Positions 20,126 to 30,330 of a stretch of 64,000 nucleotides of DNA are shown in pieces. Both the position numbers and the translations under genes were made by a program. A model generated the notes under the pieces. That model saw only the letters and a program-made list of their open reading frames with translations. It did not search any database and was not told the origin of the DNA. Positions within the stretch are counted from its first letter, which is position 1, and each line of letters opens with the position of its first letter. The stretch comes from an uncultured Chlamydiales bacterium (GTDB taxonomy: Bacteria > Chlamydiota > Chlamydiia > Chlamydiales > Rhabdochlamydiaceae). The stretch lies in assembly GCA_963700985.1 (NCBI GenBank), contig OY969554.1:160001-224000 (forward strand), given 5' to 3'.

Positions 20126-21617
20126 ACGGCGACCTTTTGGAGTTGTTTGGATTGCTTCTTTTTGGGTTGTTTAGTTTCTTTTTCAGCCTTAATGTGTTCT
20201 AAAAGAGTGTTGGCAGGTTCATCATGGGTATCTTGAGAAACCAATTCTCCTGAAAAAGCTTTTTTTAGGATAGACTGACGAAGAGAATTGCTTCGTTTAA
20301 ATTCTATTTCAAAAGTTTTCTCCAAATGCGAGATCATAGATTGTACACTATCTATGATTCTAACAATTTCTAATGTTCTGCGTACGATGGCAATGGAACA
20401 GGAAAAGCGCGAAGCTTATTTAAACTAATCGAAGCTAGATTTGTAGTTTGCTTTCCTTCGCGGAGGAAGTAGCTTTACCAAAGACGCCGCTGTAATATGA
20501 AAGAAACTTTGAGTTGACCTCTTGGGTGTATGGACGAGCTCTAAATATATGGTTTTGATGGATGCAATACTCAATTTGACCATCCCAAACCCATCCTCTA
20601 CCTAATTTATCTCGATCCCCGCCTTCAGTGAAAAGAACATCGCCCACTTTTAATAGTAATTGATCTGCTTTTTCTTGATTAGTTTTAATTAATTTAATAT
20701 GCTTAAAATCCAAATATCCATCTTGAACATTAGCAACTCTCAAATAAGGAACTTCAATAGGGTTTGATATCTCCGTTTCTTTCTTCGCATCAACAGTTAG
20801 TCCACCCCTGATTTCACATAACGCGCCTAGCGTTGTATAGAGCCATTCCTTAGGTAATGCTGGCAAGCCTGTTAAATTCAGGTTTTCAGGCTCTTTGTAA
20901 TTCTCAGGAATTTTCGATCGCTGCCTTCTTTCTTCAAAAATATGCTGCAATAATTGCTTACTGTCATCAATGCAGAGCTCTTGTCCTTCACGCCATTTTT
21001 CAGTAAGTTTTCCTTCGAAAGCATTCTTGAGAATTGATTGGCGATATGCTTTTAGGAGTTCCTGCGCTTTCAGTAAATTTTCTATGCCCTTATCGATTTC
21101 AGAGAAAAGCTCTTCGATTTTGGCGACAATGCGTTTTTGCTCTTCGAAGGGAGGTAAAAAGATATTAACATATTCAGAAAATTTTTGGTAATTCCGCCCT
21201 GAGCGGCTCCTCGGAAATCTTGTAGATCTGTTTTTTTCCTGTCGAGAAAGTTGATAGAAAATCCATTTTGCTTCTATACATTTTGGAATTTTAAGACGGA
21301 AAGATGTTCGTGATAGTCGCAGTTTATAGGGGAATTGATTTGCTACAAAGGATGTTCTGCCCGTTGTGGCTCCGTCTTTAACAACTAAATGTCGTTGCGT
21401 TCAATTAATCCTGAAGTCATCTTCTGAAGGAATTCAAGTGGTATAAATCGAATTTTAGAAAAATCGAATCTTCCATCCAAACTTAAGTGCTTCCACCTAG
21501 GCTTGGAATCCGTTGGTCATAATGATCCACGCCACCTTTGGGCCTCTTTCCGGATTCAAGAGATAGTGAATCTCACTGAGTTTACATTCGATCCAGATTA
21601 TTACGATAATTTGTCAT
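20122..21617 (-). CDS. hsdS: type I R-M specificity subunit, fragmented by indels
   Basis: LPKEW..TTLG, YLRVANVQ, HQNHIFR and LRQSILKKAFSGEL motifs in fragments between hsdR and hsdM. Confidence 0.85.
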
Positions 21618-21618
21618 C

Positions 21619-24452
21619 CTAAATGCCAATACCTCGTTAAGCTCAAGTATCAAACCTTCAAATTTTTCCCAAAAAGCTGATACATTTTCCCTAAGCCTCC
21701 TTTGGAATCAAAAGGGGCCATATCAAGGTCTGTCTTATCCATATGGAAAGAACTGATAATATGATCGCGAATCATTCTTAGCCAAGCCATTTGTTCTTCA
21801 TTGAACTTTTCGCCGTCGCCACTATGTCTCCTCATAATCCAGTTTTGGAAGTTGTGCCGTATTGTTTCAGAATATTCAGACATTTTTTTGTCGATTCCGC
21901 AAGCGCGACGTATAAGGGCAACTAAAGCAGTGAGTTCGTTAATCGGTTGGGCACCTTTGTATTCTTCTAGTTGAGCATAAGCCATCCATACGCGTAATGG
22001 GGCTAGCGTTAATCGGTTGGGCGCCTTTATATTCTTCAAGTTGGGCATAAGCCATCCATACACGTAATGGGGCAAGTTTTGGCTTATCTTGGCGTAGTTT
22101 GTCCAAGACTTGGCGAATCATGTCATAGGTGATTTCTCGTCGTCTTTGAGGTTGGCTGTAAAATATGCTAAGAGCTTCAATCTCATCTCGATGAATTTCC
22201 AGATATTCTTGGAACTCTTTTACCAGATTTTGAGCATTCTCTTTGGCGTCTCCATCCCACTCTGCACGTAGAATGGCATCCAGATTATCATGGTCGATCG
22301 TCTGCTCCTTATCTCGGCGAATATTCTCTAAGAGTTCAACCATTTCTCCATTTAGGACATTAGCTGCTTCGCCTACAAGAATCTCTTGAGCTCGCAAGCA
22401 GTCTGCATCGCTTGGTGAAGTGGCGGTTCCAACTGGTTGCATGTCATGAGCTTTCTTTTCGATCTTGTCGGGGTCTATGGCAGCCAGGAGATTGCCTATG
22501 ATAGTGCTTAGCTCAATGCCGCCTGACTGTTCTTTAATTCGCTGAAGATCCTTTTCCTCGAGCTGCTTATTTAGACGTGCCAACCTGCCAGCTAGCGAGC
22601 TGACTGTGTCCTCATCCCTCGCTCCCATCATGATGCTCATTGCTAAATCTTTTAATGGCACTGAAGGTTTGGTAATTAAAGGCTGGCTCGCAGTTTTTAG
22701 AGATTTGGTAACTCCAATGGCATCGACGATCACATAATGCGTTTTCGCACTGGTTGCAGAGGGGGTCACTTTCTTTAATTCGTCATGGCCAAATGTGCGT
22801 GTCCCACGTCCCTTCATCTGCTCGAAGTAGTTATGACTCTTTACGTCTCTCATGAATAATAAACATTCGAGGGGCTTCACGTCTGTGCCAGTAGCGATCA
22901 TGTCTACAGTGACCGCAATCCGAGGGTAGTAATCATTTCTAAATTGAGCGAGGACTGATTTTGGATCTTCTTCATTCTTGTAAGTGACTTTTTTGCAAAA
23001 TTCATTTCCCATCCCAAATTCTTCTCGGACAGTTTGAATGATGTCGTCGGCATGACTGTCAGTTTTTGCAAAGATCAGTGTTTTTGGCACTTCCTTTCGC
23101 CCAGGGAAAATATCCGGTAAACTATCTCTAAAGGCACGCAATACGGTCCTGATCTGGTCTGGATTTACGATGTCGCGGTCTAACTGCTTAACAGTATAGG
23201 ACTCATCTTCATCTTGTTGTTCCCATCTTTTCTTGCGGGTCAGACGCTCTCTTTTCTGAACTGGTTGATTGGCCTTGATGGTGCCACCGAATTTTGTTCT
23301 TTCAGTTTCTATGACATAGATCTCATTTCCGACATTCACTCCATCGGCAACGGCTGTTTCGTGGCTGTATTCACTGACGACATTTTTCTTGAAAAAGCCA
23401 TAGGTGCGGTTATCTGGGGTCGCTGTCAGGCCGATAAGATAGCCGTCAAAATAATCGAGAACTTGTTGCCATAGATTATAAATTGAACGATGGCACTCAT
23501 CGATAAAAATGAAGTCAAAAAACTCGATGGGAATTTTGCCGTTGTAAACAACTGGGATTGGTTTTTTTACCTGAGCTATTTCGGCAGGATTGATCTCTTC
23601 AGCAGATTCATCTAAGGACTGTTCTTTTAGTATGGAATACATACGCTGGATAGTGCAAATGCAGACTTGGCTATCTCTAGCAATGGAGGACGATTTTAGC
23701 CTCTGCACGTTATAGAGTTCTGTAAACTTGCGATTGTCATCGTTAGGGATGAAAGACATGAATTCTTGCTCGGCCTGCTCTCCTAAGTTTTTGGTGTCTA
23801 CCAAAAATAGGATTCGCTTTGCATTCGCATGCTTTAGAAGGCGATAGATGGTGGTAATCGCTGTAAATGTTTTGCCTGCTCCAGTGGCCATTTGGATAAG
23901 AGCGCGAGGGCGGTCATCTTTGAATGACTGTTCAAGATTTTTAATGGCGGTGATTTGACAATCTCTTAATCCTTCTTCGGTAAGGAGAGGAATTTGCTGG
24001 AGTCGGCCTCGGATCGAGTTTTTTTGAAGAAGCCATTCGTTTAAAGTTTCGGGGCGGTGAAAGTTGAATACTTCGCGTGATCTTGGTTTTGGGTCTCTTC
24101 CATCAGTAAAGCGTGTAATTACCCCTGTGCTCTCGTAGATGAAGGGTAAGGATTCATTGTTATTCACCCATTTCAGCTTAGCAGTAGCATATTCGCTAGA
24201 TTGTTCCTCGACGGTTGTAATGCGGTGTCCCCAGTCTTCGGGTTTCGCCTCGATCACTCCTACAGCTGTTTTATCAATAAATAGAACATAGTCAGCGGGA
24301 CCAACATCTGTTTGATATTCGCGGACTGCGATACCAAGACCTGCATTCGGATCGAATTTTTTGATTGATTGAACGATCCATCCTGCTTGTGCAAGGAGGG
24401 CATCTATTTTATCACGAGCGATTTGTTCTGGATTTTGATTTCTGTAGCTCAT
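21619..24452 (-). CDS. hsdR: type I R-M restriction subunit (EcoEI/EcoAI-like C-terminus), frameshifted by a 70-bp duplication
   Basis: ADY...IEAK nuclease motif, MATGAGKT, DECH, LTATP and QMKGRGTR helicase motifs; C-terminal part in ORF 21650..22075; 3' end approximate. Confidence 0.92.
21937..22076. repeat. 70-bp tandem duplication with six differences
   Basis: 21937-22006 vs 22007-22076; both encode LAPLRVWMAYAQLEEYKGAQPIN. Confidence 0.9.
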
Positions 24453-25189
24453 GCCAGGAGTGCCCCTAATTCTGTTTGGGTAGCAATTCGATAGCTGCAG
24501 AGGGAACATGTGGCATGAGAGGATGGAGGCTGGGAAGCGGTTAGCACAGCTTGAATCTCAAGTAATTTAGGCTCAATCCAACTATCATCGCCAAGATAAG
24601 GGATGACCGAGATCTCGAATTTTAGACATTCGTCAAATGCAGGGACGTCCTTCTTGCCATTGCAGTAAACAAAATAGCCTGTCGGGGAAACTGAGAATCC
24701 GTTTTTTCTGAATAGCCATTGGTAAATTTCCATTTGCCTTTTGTAGCTAATTTGCCAGTCTGCATCTAAGTTGATTTCTCCAGCTTTACTGGTCGCCTTA
24801 TAGTCCACAATGATCAGTTCTCCAGAAGGAGTGATCCAAACGTCATCAATGGCTCCTGCCACTAAAAATCGAGTCGGTTCGTGTAAGTAGGAAATGCCCT
24901 TCAGATTTTTTCGCCATTCATCAAGTTTTTCATGTTGAAAAGGGATTGCATCAATTTTATGTTTGATCATCAGCGGATGGGCTTCGCCTTTTGCTCGGTA
25001 GAAATCGAATTCTTTTTTCAAGAGATGGTCAACAGCAGAGTTGAGATTGAACGGAAATCCTCCAGGTTGCGCAACTCCAAGTTTGCGATCGAGGTAGAAG
25101 CAAAAGGGACATTCACAAAAAAGCTCGATCTTTGATCGGCTTAATTTGAATGGTTTTGTGTCTTGTGGATCAAAGCCCTTTCTTTTCAT
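24449..25189 (-). CDS. PD-(D/E)XK nuclease (RecB/AddB/Cas4-like)
   Basis: LSRSK...CPFCF, GAIDD...IVDYK, QMEIY and C-terminal CSLC motifs. Confidence 0.85.
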   Translation of the reverse strand: MKRKGFDPQDTKPFKLSRSKIELFCECPFCFYLDRKLGVAQPGGFPFNLNSAVDHLLKKEFDFYRAKGEAHPLMIKHKIDAIPFQHEKLDEWRKNLKGISYLHEPTRFLVAGAIDDVWITPSGELIIVDYKATSKAGEINLDADWQISYKRQMEIYQWLFRKNGFSVSPTGYFVYCNGKKDVPAFDECLKFEISVIPYLGDDSWIEPKLLEIQAVLTASQPPSSHATCSLCSYRIATQTELGALLA

Positions 25190-25428
25190 CTTTTCCGTTT
25201 TAAGTTGTTGATTTAACGTATAATAAGATAGCAGAATTGCAAATAATGCGATATATTGATTTAACGACAGTTAAACTATTTTATTTGATTTTGATTTGTT
25301 TGTTGTTTTAATGGAGGCGGTCAGAATAAAGAAATTTTTTAGGGCATTCTAAATCAATGCGTAAAGGTTTGTCTCTTCGTCAAAGAATTTTTGATTTTTG
25401 GAGTGCTTCCTTTCTGCTGAATGCTATT

Positions 25429-26496
25429 TTATTTTTTACTACTGAACAATTTCTCATTTAGACCCACAGCTGCTGAATAGATATGTGCATTGGAGAGATG
25501 GGCGTACCGCTTGGTCATTTGGACGGTTTTGTGGCCCAGCAGAGTTCCGATCTCTAGCAGACTCGCTTGATTCATGGCCAAGTAGGAAGCGGCTGTATGG
25601 CGAAGGTCGTGAAAGCGGAAGTTGAAAATATTGGCTTTGCTTAGAGCGGTTTCCCAAGCAGAGCGGATGTCGATAGGTTTACATGGAGCATGTGGAGCAG
25701 GAAATACTAGAGAGTTAACGGCTTGATTGGCGTATTTTGAACGCAAAAGATCTAGAGCTGTTCCGACAAGAGGGATAAAACGCCGCTCACCATTCTTTGT
25801 AATTTGTAAAAGGATCGAACCTCGAGCCAGATCGATATCGCTCCATTTGAGATTCATGATTTCTCCTCTCCTCATGCCTGTTGAAAGAGCTAGTATAACA
25901 ATTGGGTAGAGTCCTTTTGATTCGCTTTCTCGGCAGGCAGATAGCAGTCTTTCCTTTTCATCATCGTTGAGAAAGCGAGTTCTGCCATTTGAGATTTTCG
26001 GTTTTGAGATTTTCATGATGGGATTTTCCTGGATCCATTCCCAATCCTTAACCGCGATAGCAAAGGCATGAGACAAACTGGCAAGGTAGCGAACTACGGT
26101 TGTGGAAGAACGGATTGTGCCTTTATAAGTCAGCCCTGAAAGCAGCTCATCCCGTTTTTGTGCGATGAGGCTTGGCTTGATATCTGAAAGGAGGCAATGT
26201 CCCAGTTCCTGTTTCCACCAGAGAAGATGTTGGCGGACGTTTCTTGCATTCTTTGGCTTTGATGGAAGAACTCTTTCGATATAGCGGTCGATCAGCTCCG
26301 CTAAAGTATTTTTGCTGCCAGGTTTGTCATATGCATATTTGCCTTGTTCAACAGCTGATTCAGTATCGCGTTTCCATTTCATGGCGAGAGTTTTGGAGGC
26401 GAATGATTGGATGAGGACCGGATGTCCTTTGATTCGAACGCGGGCGCGGTAGGAAACCGTCCCGTTTTTATGGGTGCGTTTATCGATGCCTTTCAC
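25429..26496 (-). CDS. tyrosine integrase adjacent to the tRNA att site
   Basis: GMRRGE, TKNG, HDLRH, LLGH and TKRY motifs. Confidence 0.95.
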   Translation of the reverse strand: MKGIDKRTHKNGTVSYRARVRIKGHPVLIQSFASKTLAMKWKRDTESAVEQGKYAYDKPGSKNTLAELIDRYIERVLPSKPKNARNVRQHLLWWKQELGHCLLSDIKPSLIAQKRDELLSGLTYKGTIRSSTTVVRYLASLSHAFAIAVKDWEWIQENPIMKISKPKISNGRTRFLNDDEKERLLSACRESESKGLYPIVILALSTGMRRGEIMNLKWSDIDLARGSILLQITKNGERRFIPLVGTALDLLRSKYANQAVNSLVFPAPHAPCKPIDIRSAWETALSKANIFNFRFHDLRHTAASYLAMNQASLLEIGTLLGHKTVQMTKRYAHLSNAHIYSAAVGLNEKLFSSKK

Positions 26497-26561
26497 AAGC
26501 TTACCTTTGTTTTAGATTTTCAAAGGTTAGCTGCTGGGCTTATCGCCAATTGTTGTAGGCG

Positions 26562-26585
26562 AGTGGTCCATAAGTGGTCCACGGA
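26562..26585. repeat. putative integrase arm-type site (tandem TGGTCCA)
   Basis: AGTGGTCCATAAGTGGTCCACGGA; 22/24 identical to 8542-8565. Confidence 0.7.
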
Positions 26586-26665
26586 TGTGAACCGCGCTTT
26601 GAGGCTGATTTGGGTGCTTTATCGCAACCAGCTCAGTTTCAGCCTTATGAAGGCAAAAAGAAATG

Positions 26666-26738
26666 TGGGGCAACCTGGATTTGAACCAGGGACCGACGGA
26701 TTATGAGTCCGCTGCTCTAACCGCTGAGCTATTGCCCC
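26666..26738 (-). tRNA. tRNA with CAT anticodon (probably Ile2, otherwise elongator Met)
   Basis: GGGGCAATAGCTCAGCGGTTAGAGCAGCGGACTCATAATCCGTCGGTCCCTGGTTCAAATCCAGGTTGCCCCA folds as a cloverleaf; lacks initiator features. Confidence 0.93.
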
Positions 26739-26888
26739 AAGGGTGGGTTTGAAAAAACAAAAACATCTTAGCGCAGACGGAATTTGTGTGCTCGGAGAAA
26801 TTGCAGATGTGTTTTCTCTTTGCGGCAAAACGCTACATTTGTTTATACACATACATTTATTTTAAGACATTTCTGCGAGTTCACTTTG

Positions 26889-28157
26889 ATGAAAACGGGA
26901 TTGCTACTTTTTGCGACTTCGATGATGTGTTATTCGCTCTATGCAGACGCTGTGGCGTTGGCTGATGAGAATGAATTGGCTGAGATGGAACAGGTGGCTG
27001 TGGCAGATGGAGCAATAGAGGGCTCCGAGCTGACGGCTAAGCTTGAGACCTATGTGCTGACACGGGCGGACAGCTTGCCTGAAGAGGACTTTGAGGGGAT
27101 GACGGATACGTACCTTGAGGGATATATCCAAGCTCTCTTGGATATGCACTATTACGAGCAGCGTGTGCTGGTAACGGTGAAAGATCATCATGTTTACCTT
27201 GCTAACTTGCCGAAGAACGATCTGCTTGCAAATAGTATTCTTTCTTTTGTCAAGGGTGTACCGGGTGTAAAATCTGTTGAGATTAAGGATTTGTCCCCAG
27301 AAGAGCTAGCAAAGCGGCAGAAGCAGACGGAGATGCCACGGGTAAGGGGTGTCTGGTTTCCGCAGTCGACGGTGCTTTACCAGCCGATGATCGCAGATCC
27401 ACGCGAACCGATGTATTATGTGGCCTATCGCGGTGGAGATAAAGTTGTGGGCCGGGTTGCGGCTGCGGTGGCCATGGGTGATGACTTTCCTGTCTTCCGT
27501 TGGCGCGATATTATGCCCTGGCATGGCGACATGCAGATCGGCATCCAAGCGAGTATCTGGGCGGTTTTCAACTATCGCAATATTCCTCATCGTTACAATC
27601 ATGAAACATGCGAGCTGGTTAACACAGACTATTTAGTGGGCATTCCGGTTACATATGCCGTGGATAGATGGTCATTTCGTGCACGCATCTACCACATCTC
27701 AAGCCATCTGGGTGATGAGTTTCTGGTCAACCATCCTGATTTTTTGCATAAACGTAAAAACCCAAGCTTTGAGGCGGTCGATTTTTTCACTTCCTATCAG
27801 TTTTCTGGCGGGTTAAGGGGCTATTTTGGTCCGGGTGTGATTATTCACAGCGATCGTTCATTCAGAATGAAATATCTCTATGTAGAATATGGCATGGAGT
27901 TACGTCTTTTTGGTCGCAAATTAGATTACCATCGTCTGTATGGCACGCCTTTTTTGGCGATCCATTTGGAGAACTGGCAAGTGCGTCACTGGTCGCTTGA
28001 TACGACCATTAAGGTGGGCTATGAGCTAAGTAAGATGCAGGGCATTGGCCGCAAGATGCGCATTTATGCCGACTACCATCAAGGCTTCTCATATGAAGGT
28101 CAGTTTTTCAAGAAGCGTGTTAAATACGGCGAAGTGGGCCTATCTTGGGGCTGGTAA
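26889..28157 (+). CDS. DUF1207-type exported/outer membrane protein (conserved in chlamydiae)
   Basis: Signal peptide, BON-like N-terminal segment, ADPREP, HISSHLGDEF and aromatic C-terminus. Confidence 0.7.
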   Translation: MKTGLLLFATSMMCYSLYADAVALADENELAEMEQVAVADGAIEGSELTAKLETYVLTRADSLPEEDFEGMTDTYLEGYIQALLDMHYYEQRVLVTVKDHHVYLANLPKNDLLANSILSFVKGVPGVKSVEIKDLSPEELAKRQKQTEMPRVRGVWFPQSTVLYQPMIADPREPMYYVAYRGGDKVVGRVAAAVAMGDDFPVFRWRDIMPWHGDMQIGIQASIWAVFNYRNIPHRYNHETCELVNTDYLVGIPVTYAVDRWSFRARIYHISSHLGDEFLVNHPDFLHKRKNPSFEAVDFFTSYQFSGGLRGYFGPGVIIHSDRSFRMKYLYVEYGMELRLFGRKLDYHRLYGTPFLAIHLENWQVRHWSLDTTIKVGYELSKMQGIGRKMRIYADYHQGFSYEGQFFKKRVKYGEVGLSWGW

Positions 28158-28166
28158 GACAGCTGA

Positions 28167-30287
28167 TTATTCGTAGATAGCAAAGCCATCTTGGAAGATC
28201 GGGCCTTGCTTGCCGATAATGCGCGTTCCACTGAGATATTCGCGATAAAGTCTTAATGCTGCATCGGCGTTTTTCACACAGATAAAGCAGTTACTTACCC
28301 ATTCTGAGCCCGCGATGGTGCCGGTGGCGAGATTGCACTGAAAGCGCGCCGTGACTTTTTGGCGCCAGTAGTTTGGGTCGCCGAAGAGCAGCACGGGTGT
28401 GGCTCGCGTAGATCCAACCTTTCTTCTAACTTCTTCCAGCGTGTATTCAAAATCCGTGCCAATGCCGCCCATCAAGAAGATGGGGAAGTCGAGATTGAAC
28501 TCGGCTTGACGCTCAACTAGGCGATCGATGCGGTAGGTCATCTTGGCATCGATATACGGGTTCTGTTTCTGCTCATTTACAACCGCTCCTCCTCCTTTTG
28601 GGCGAAAATCCACGATATCGGCGCATGAGAGGATGTTCAGTGTTTTAGCGACTTTGTTGCCCAGCTCCATTACGCCCGGGCCACCACCGGTGATAAGCGC
28701 AATAGGTGTCTCGCGATTCAGCATCGGATGATGGCTCTCTTGGCGCAATTTTTTAAGACCATCAAAAAGAGCGATGAGCTCTTGCTCGAAATCCGCGCTC
28801 GGCATGAGGTTAGAGCCGTAGACGCCAAAAGAAGTAGCTTTTAAGAAGATATCGACCAGAGGAATGGGAACAAACATCCCGCAATCTTTTTCAGGCTTGG
28901 GAACGTATTGTAAAACTTTGCCCGAGGTGGCATCGACCCAGAAAACTGGAATGGCGAATTTGGCTAAGTCCAAAAGCATCGAACGGTCTTCGTGTGAGAA
29001 ATAATCTCCTGTCGAAAAAGAAGGGTGTTGGAAATAGAGAGCTTTTAAATTGCGCTGAACGAGATCGCCGATGAGCATCTTTTTCATGAGGGGAGAGGGG
29101 AAGTAGCGCGCCAGCAAAATGCCTTCGCTGGTGATTAGCCCATCTTCAATGCTCTTTAGAAATGGATAGCTAGGCTGTTGGTGGATATAGCGTTCCACCA
29201 TGAGCGCTTGTCTGCCTGGATGAATAAGGCCGGGAAACTCGCTTTTAACGGGCTCGCGTGAAATCCAGTCAGTGGGCTTGAGGTTGAGCATCTGTTCGCC
29301 TTTAACGATGAAAACTGCCGTATGCAGTTGCGCAGGCTGAGGTGCGGTATCGAAGGCTCGAAAGATATAAGCAGGATCTTCTAAGCAACTTTGTAGCTGG
29401 TCGCGATCGGCGAAAAAGACGTGCTCGCGATGCGGCTCCAAGGTGTAAAATTCTAAAGGGATGTCGGTGAGCTCTTTGGGAGACGCACCATAAAGTTCAT
29501 ACACGTCGCCCGAGGCGCGCGTAGTGGGATCTAAAATGCAGGCGGTGGTGTGATGCAGGCCTTGCGGGAGGAGCTCTTCTGCAACACGCCCAAAGACTGT
29601 TCTTACATGCAGCGGCAAGGTGCGCACCAGCAGGATGTTATCGTCCTTAACGACGCGTTTGGTATCGGTGCGCCAAACCTGCAGCATTTGAAGAAGCGAG
29701 CGCAAGCTGACATCAGTGCGATGCAGGGCTTTGGCGATAATCGGCAAAAAGCCATAGATCTCATCGTATTCTAAAGTGCCTTCCTGTAGGGTCAAAAAAG
29801 CCACAGTGCGTCCTTCGATAACTTCTAAGACAATCTGATCGCTACCTTGCAGCCCACCGAGTGAAAGAAGTGGCCGGCCTTGTCTATCTGATCTGCCAAA
29901 CATGCGCAGCAGATAGTCAGGGTCGCGTACGCGCCGCTTGGGATCTGCCGCAAAAAGCTTACCGATGTAGGCGCCTTCCGTAATTAGGGCGAGCATCTTT
30001 TTGGCGATATCACCGATGCCAAAGAGATGCACCTTCACTTCGGCTACGTTCTTTTTCGGATCGAGCATGTACTCTTGGCCTATGCCATTTACACCGAGCT
30101 GTGCGAGAGTGCTTTTAAAATTGAAAACGAGATGCTCTTTTTCGATCTGATAACCCACGAAGGCAGGTGAGATCTTTTCGATGCGGACAATCGCTTCCTT
30201 AGTTCCATCTGGCAAGAGTTTAAGCTCTTTGATGAAACCGTCGGGCGAGGCTAGGTCGTAATGCGTAGAGTAAAGGTAGCTTTCCAT
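28167..30287 (-). CDS. conserved chlamydial protein with C-terminal LOG/SLOG nucleotide-binding domain
   Basis: GVYGS, ITGGGPGVME and GGIGTDFE motifs. Confidence 0.75.
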   Translation of the reverse strand: MESYLYSTHYDLASPDGFIKELKLLPDGTKEAIVRIEKISPAFVGYQIEKEHLVFNFKSTLAQLGVNGIGQEYMLDPKKNVAEVKVHLFGIGDIAKKMLALITEGAYIGKLFAADPKRRVRDPDYLLRMFGRSDRQGRPLLSLGGLQGSDQIVLEVIEGRTVAFLTLQEGTLEYDEIYGFLPIIAKALHRTDVSLRSLLQMLQVWRTDTKRVVKDDNILLVRTLPLHVRTVFGRVAEELLPQGLHHTTACILDPTTRASGDVYELYGASPKELTDIPLEFYTLEPHREHVFFADRDQLQSCLEDPAYIFRAFDTAPQPAQLHTAVFIVKGEQMLNLKPTDWISREPVKSEFPGLIHPGRQALMVERYIHQQPSYPFLKSIEDGLITSEGILLARYFPSPLMKKMLIGDLVQRNLKALYFQHPSFSTGDYFSHEDRSMLLDLAKFAIPVFWVDATSGKVLQYVPKPEKDCGMFVPIPLVDIFLKATSFGVYGSNLMPSADFEQELIALFDGLKKLRQESHHPMLNRETPIALITGGGPGVMELGNKVAKTLNILSCADIVDFRPKGGGAVVNEQKQNPYIDAKMTYRIDRLVERQAEFNLDFPIFLMGGIGTDFEYTLEEVRRKVGSTRATPVLLFGDPNYWRQKVTARFQCNLATGTIAGSEWVSNCFICVKNADAALRLYREYLSGTRIIGKQGPIFQDGFAIYE

Positions 30288-30330
30288 CTACCCTAAATTA
30301 GCTTTTTAAAGAGCCAACGTCAAGTTTAGT

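Larger units (their letters stand above)
8381..26712. mobile_element. tRNA(CAT)-targeted integrative element / defence island (~18.3 kb)
   Basis: 55-bp direct repeat of the tRNA 3' end at both ends, integrase next to the intact tRNA, second integrase, Xis/Rep module and defence cargo. Confidence 0.9.

Noticed and set aside
24449-25189. CRISPR-Cas system suggested by a Cas4-like nuclease
   Set aside because: No cas1/cas2 or effector genes and no repeat-spacer array were seen in the window.
8381-26712. Complete prophage or conjugative ICE
   Set aside because: No terminase, capsid, tail, relaxase or type IV secretion genes are recognisable.
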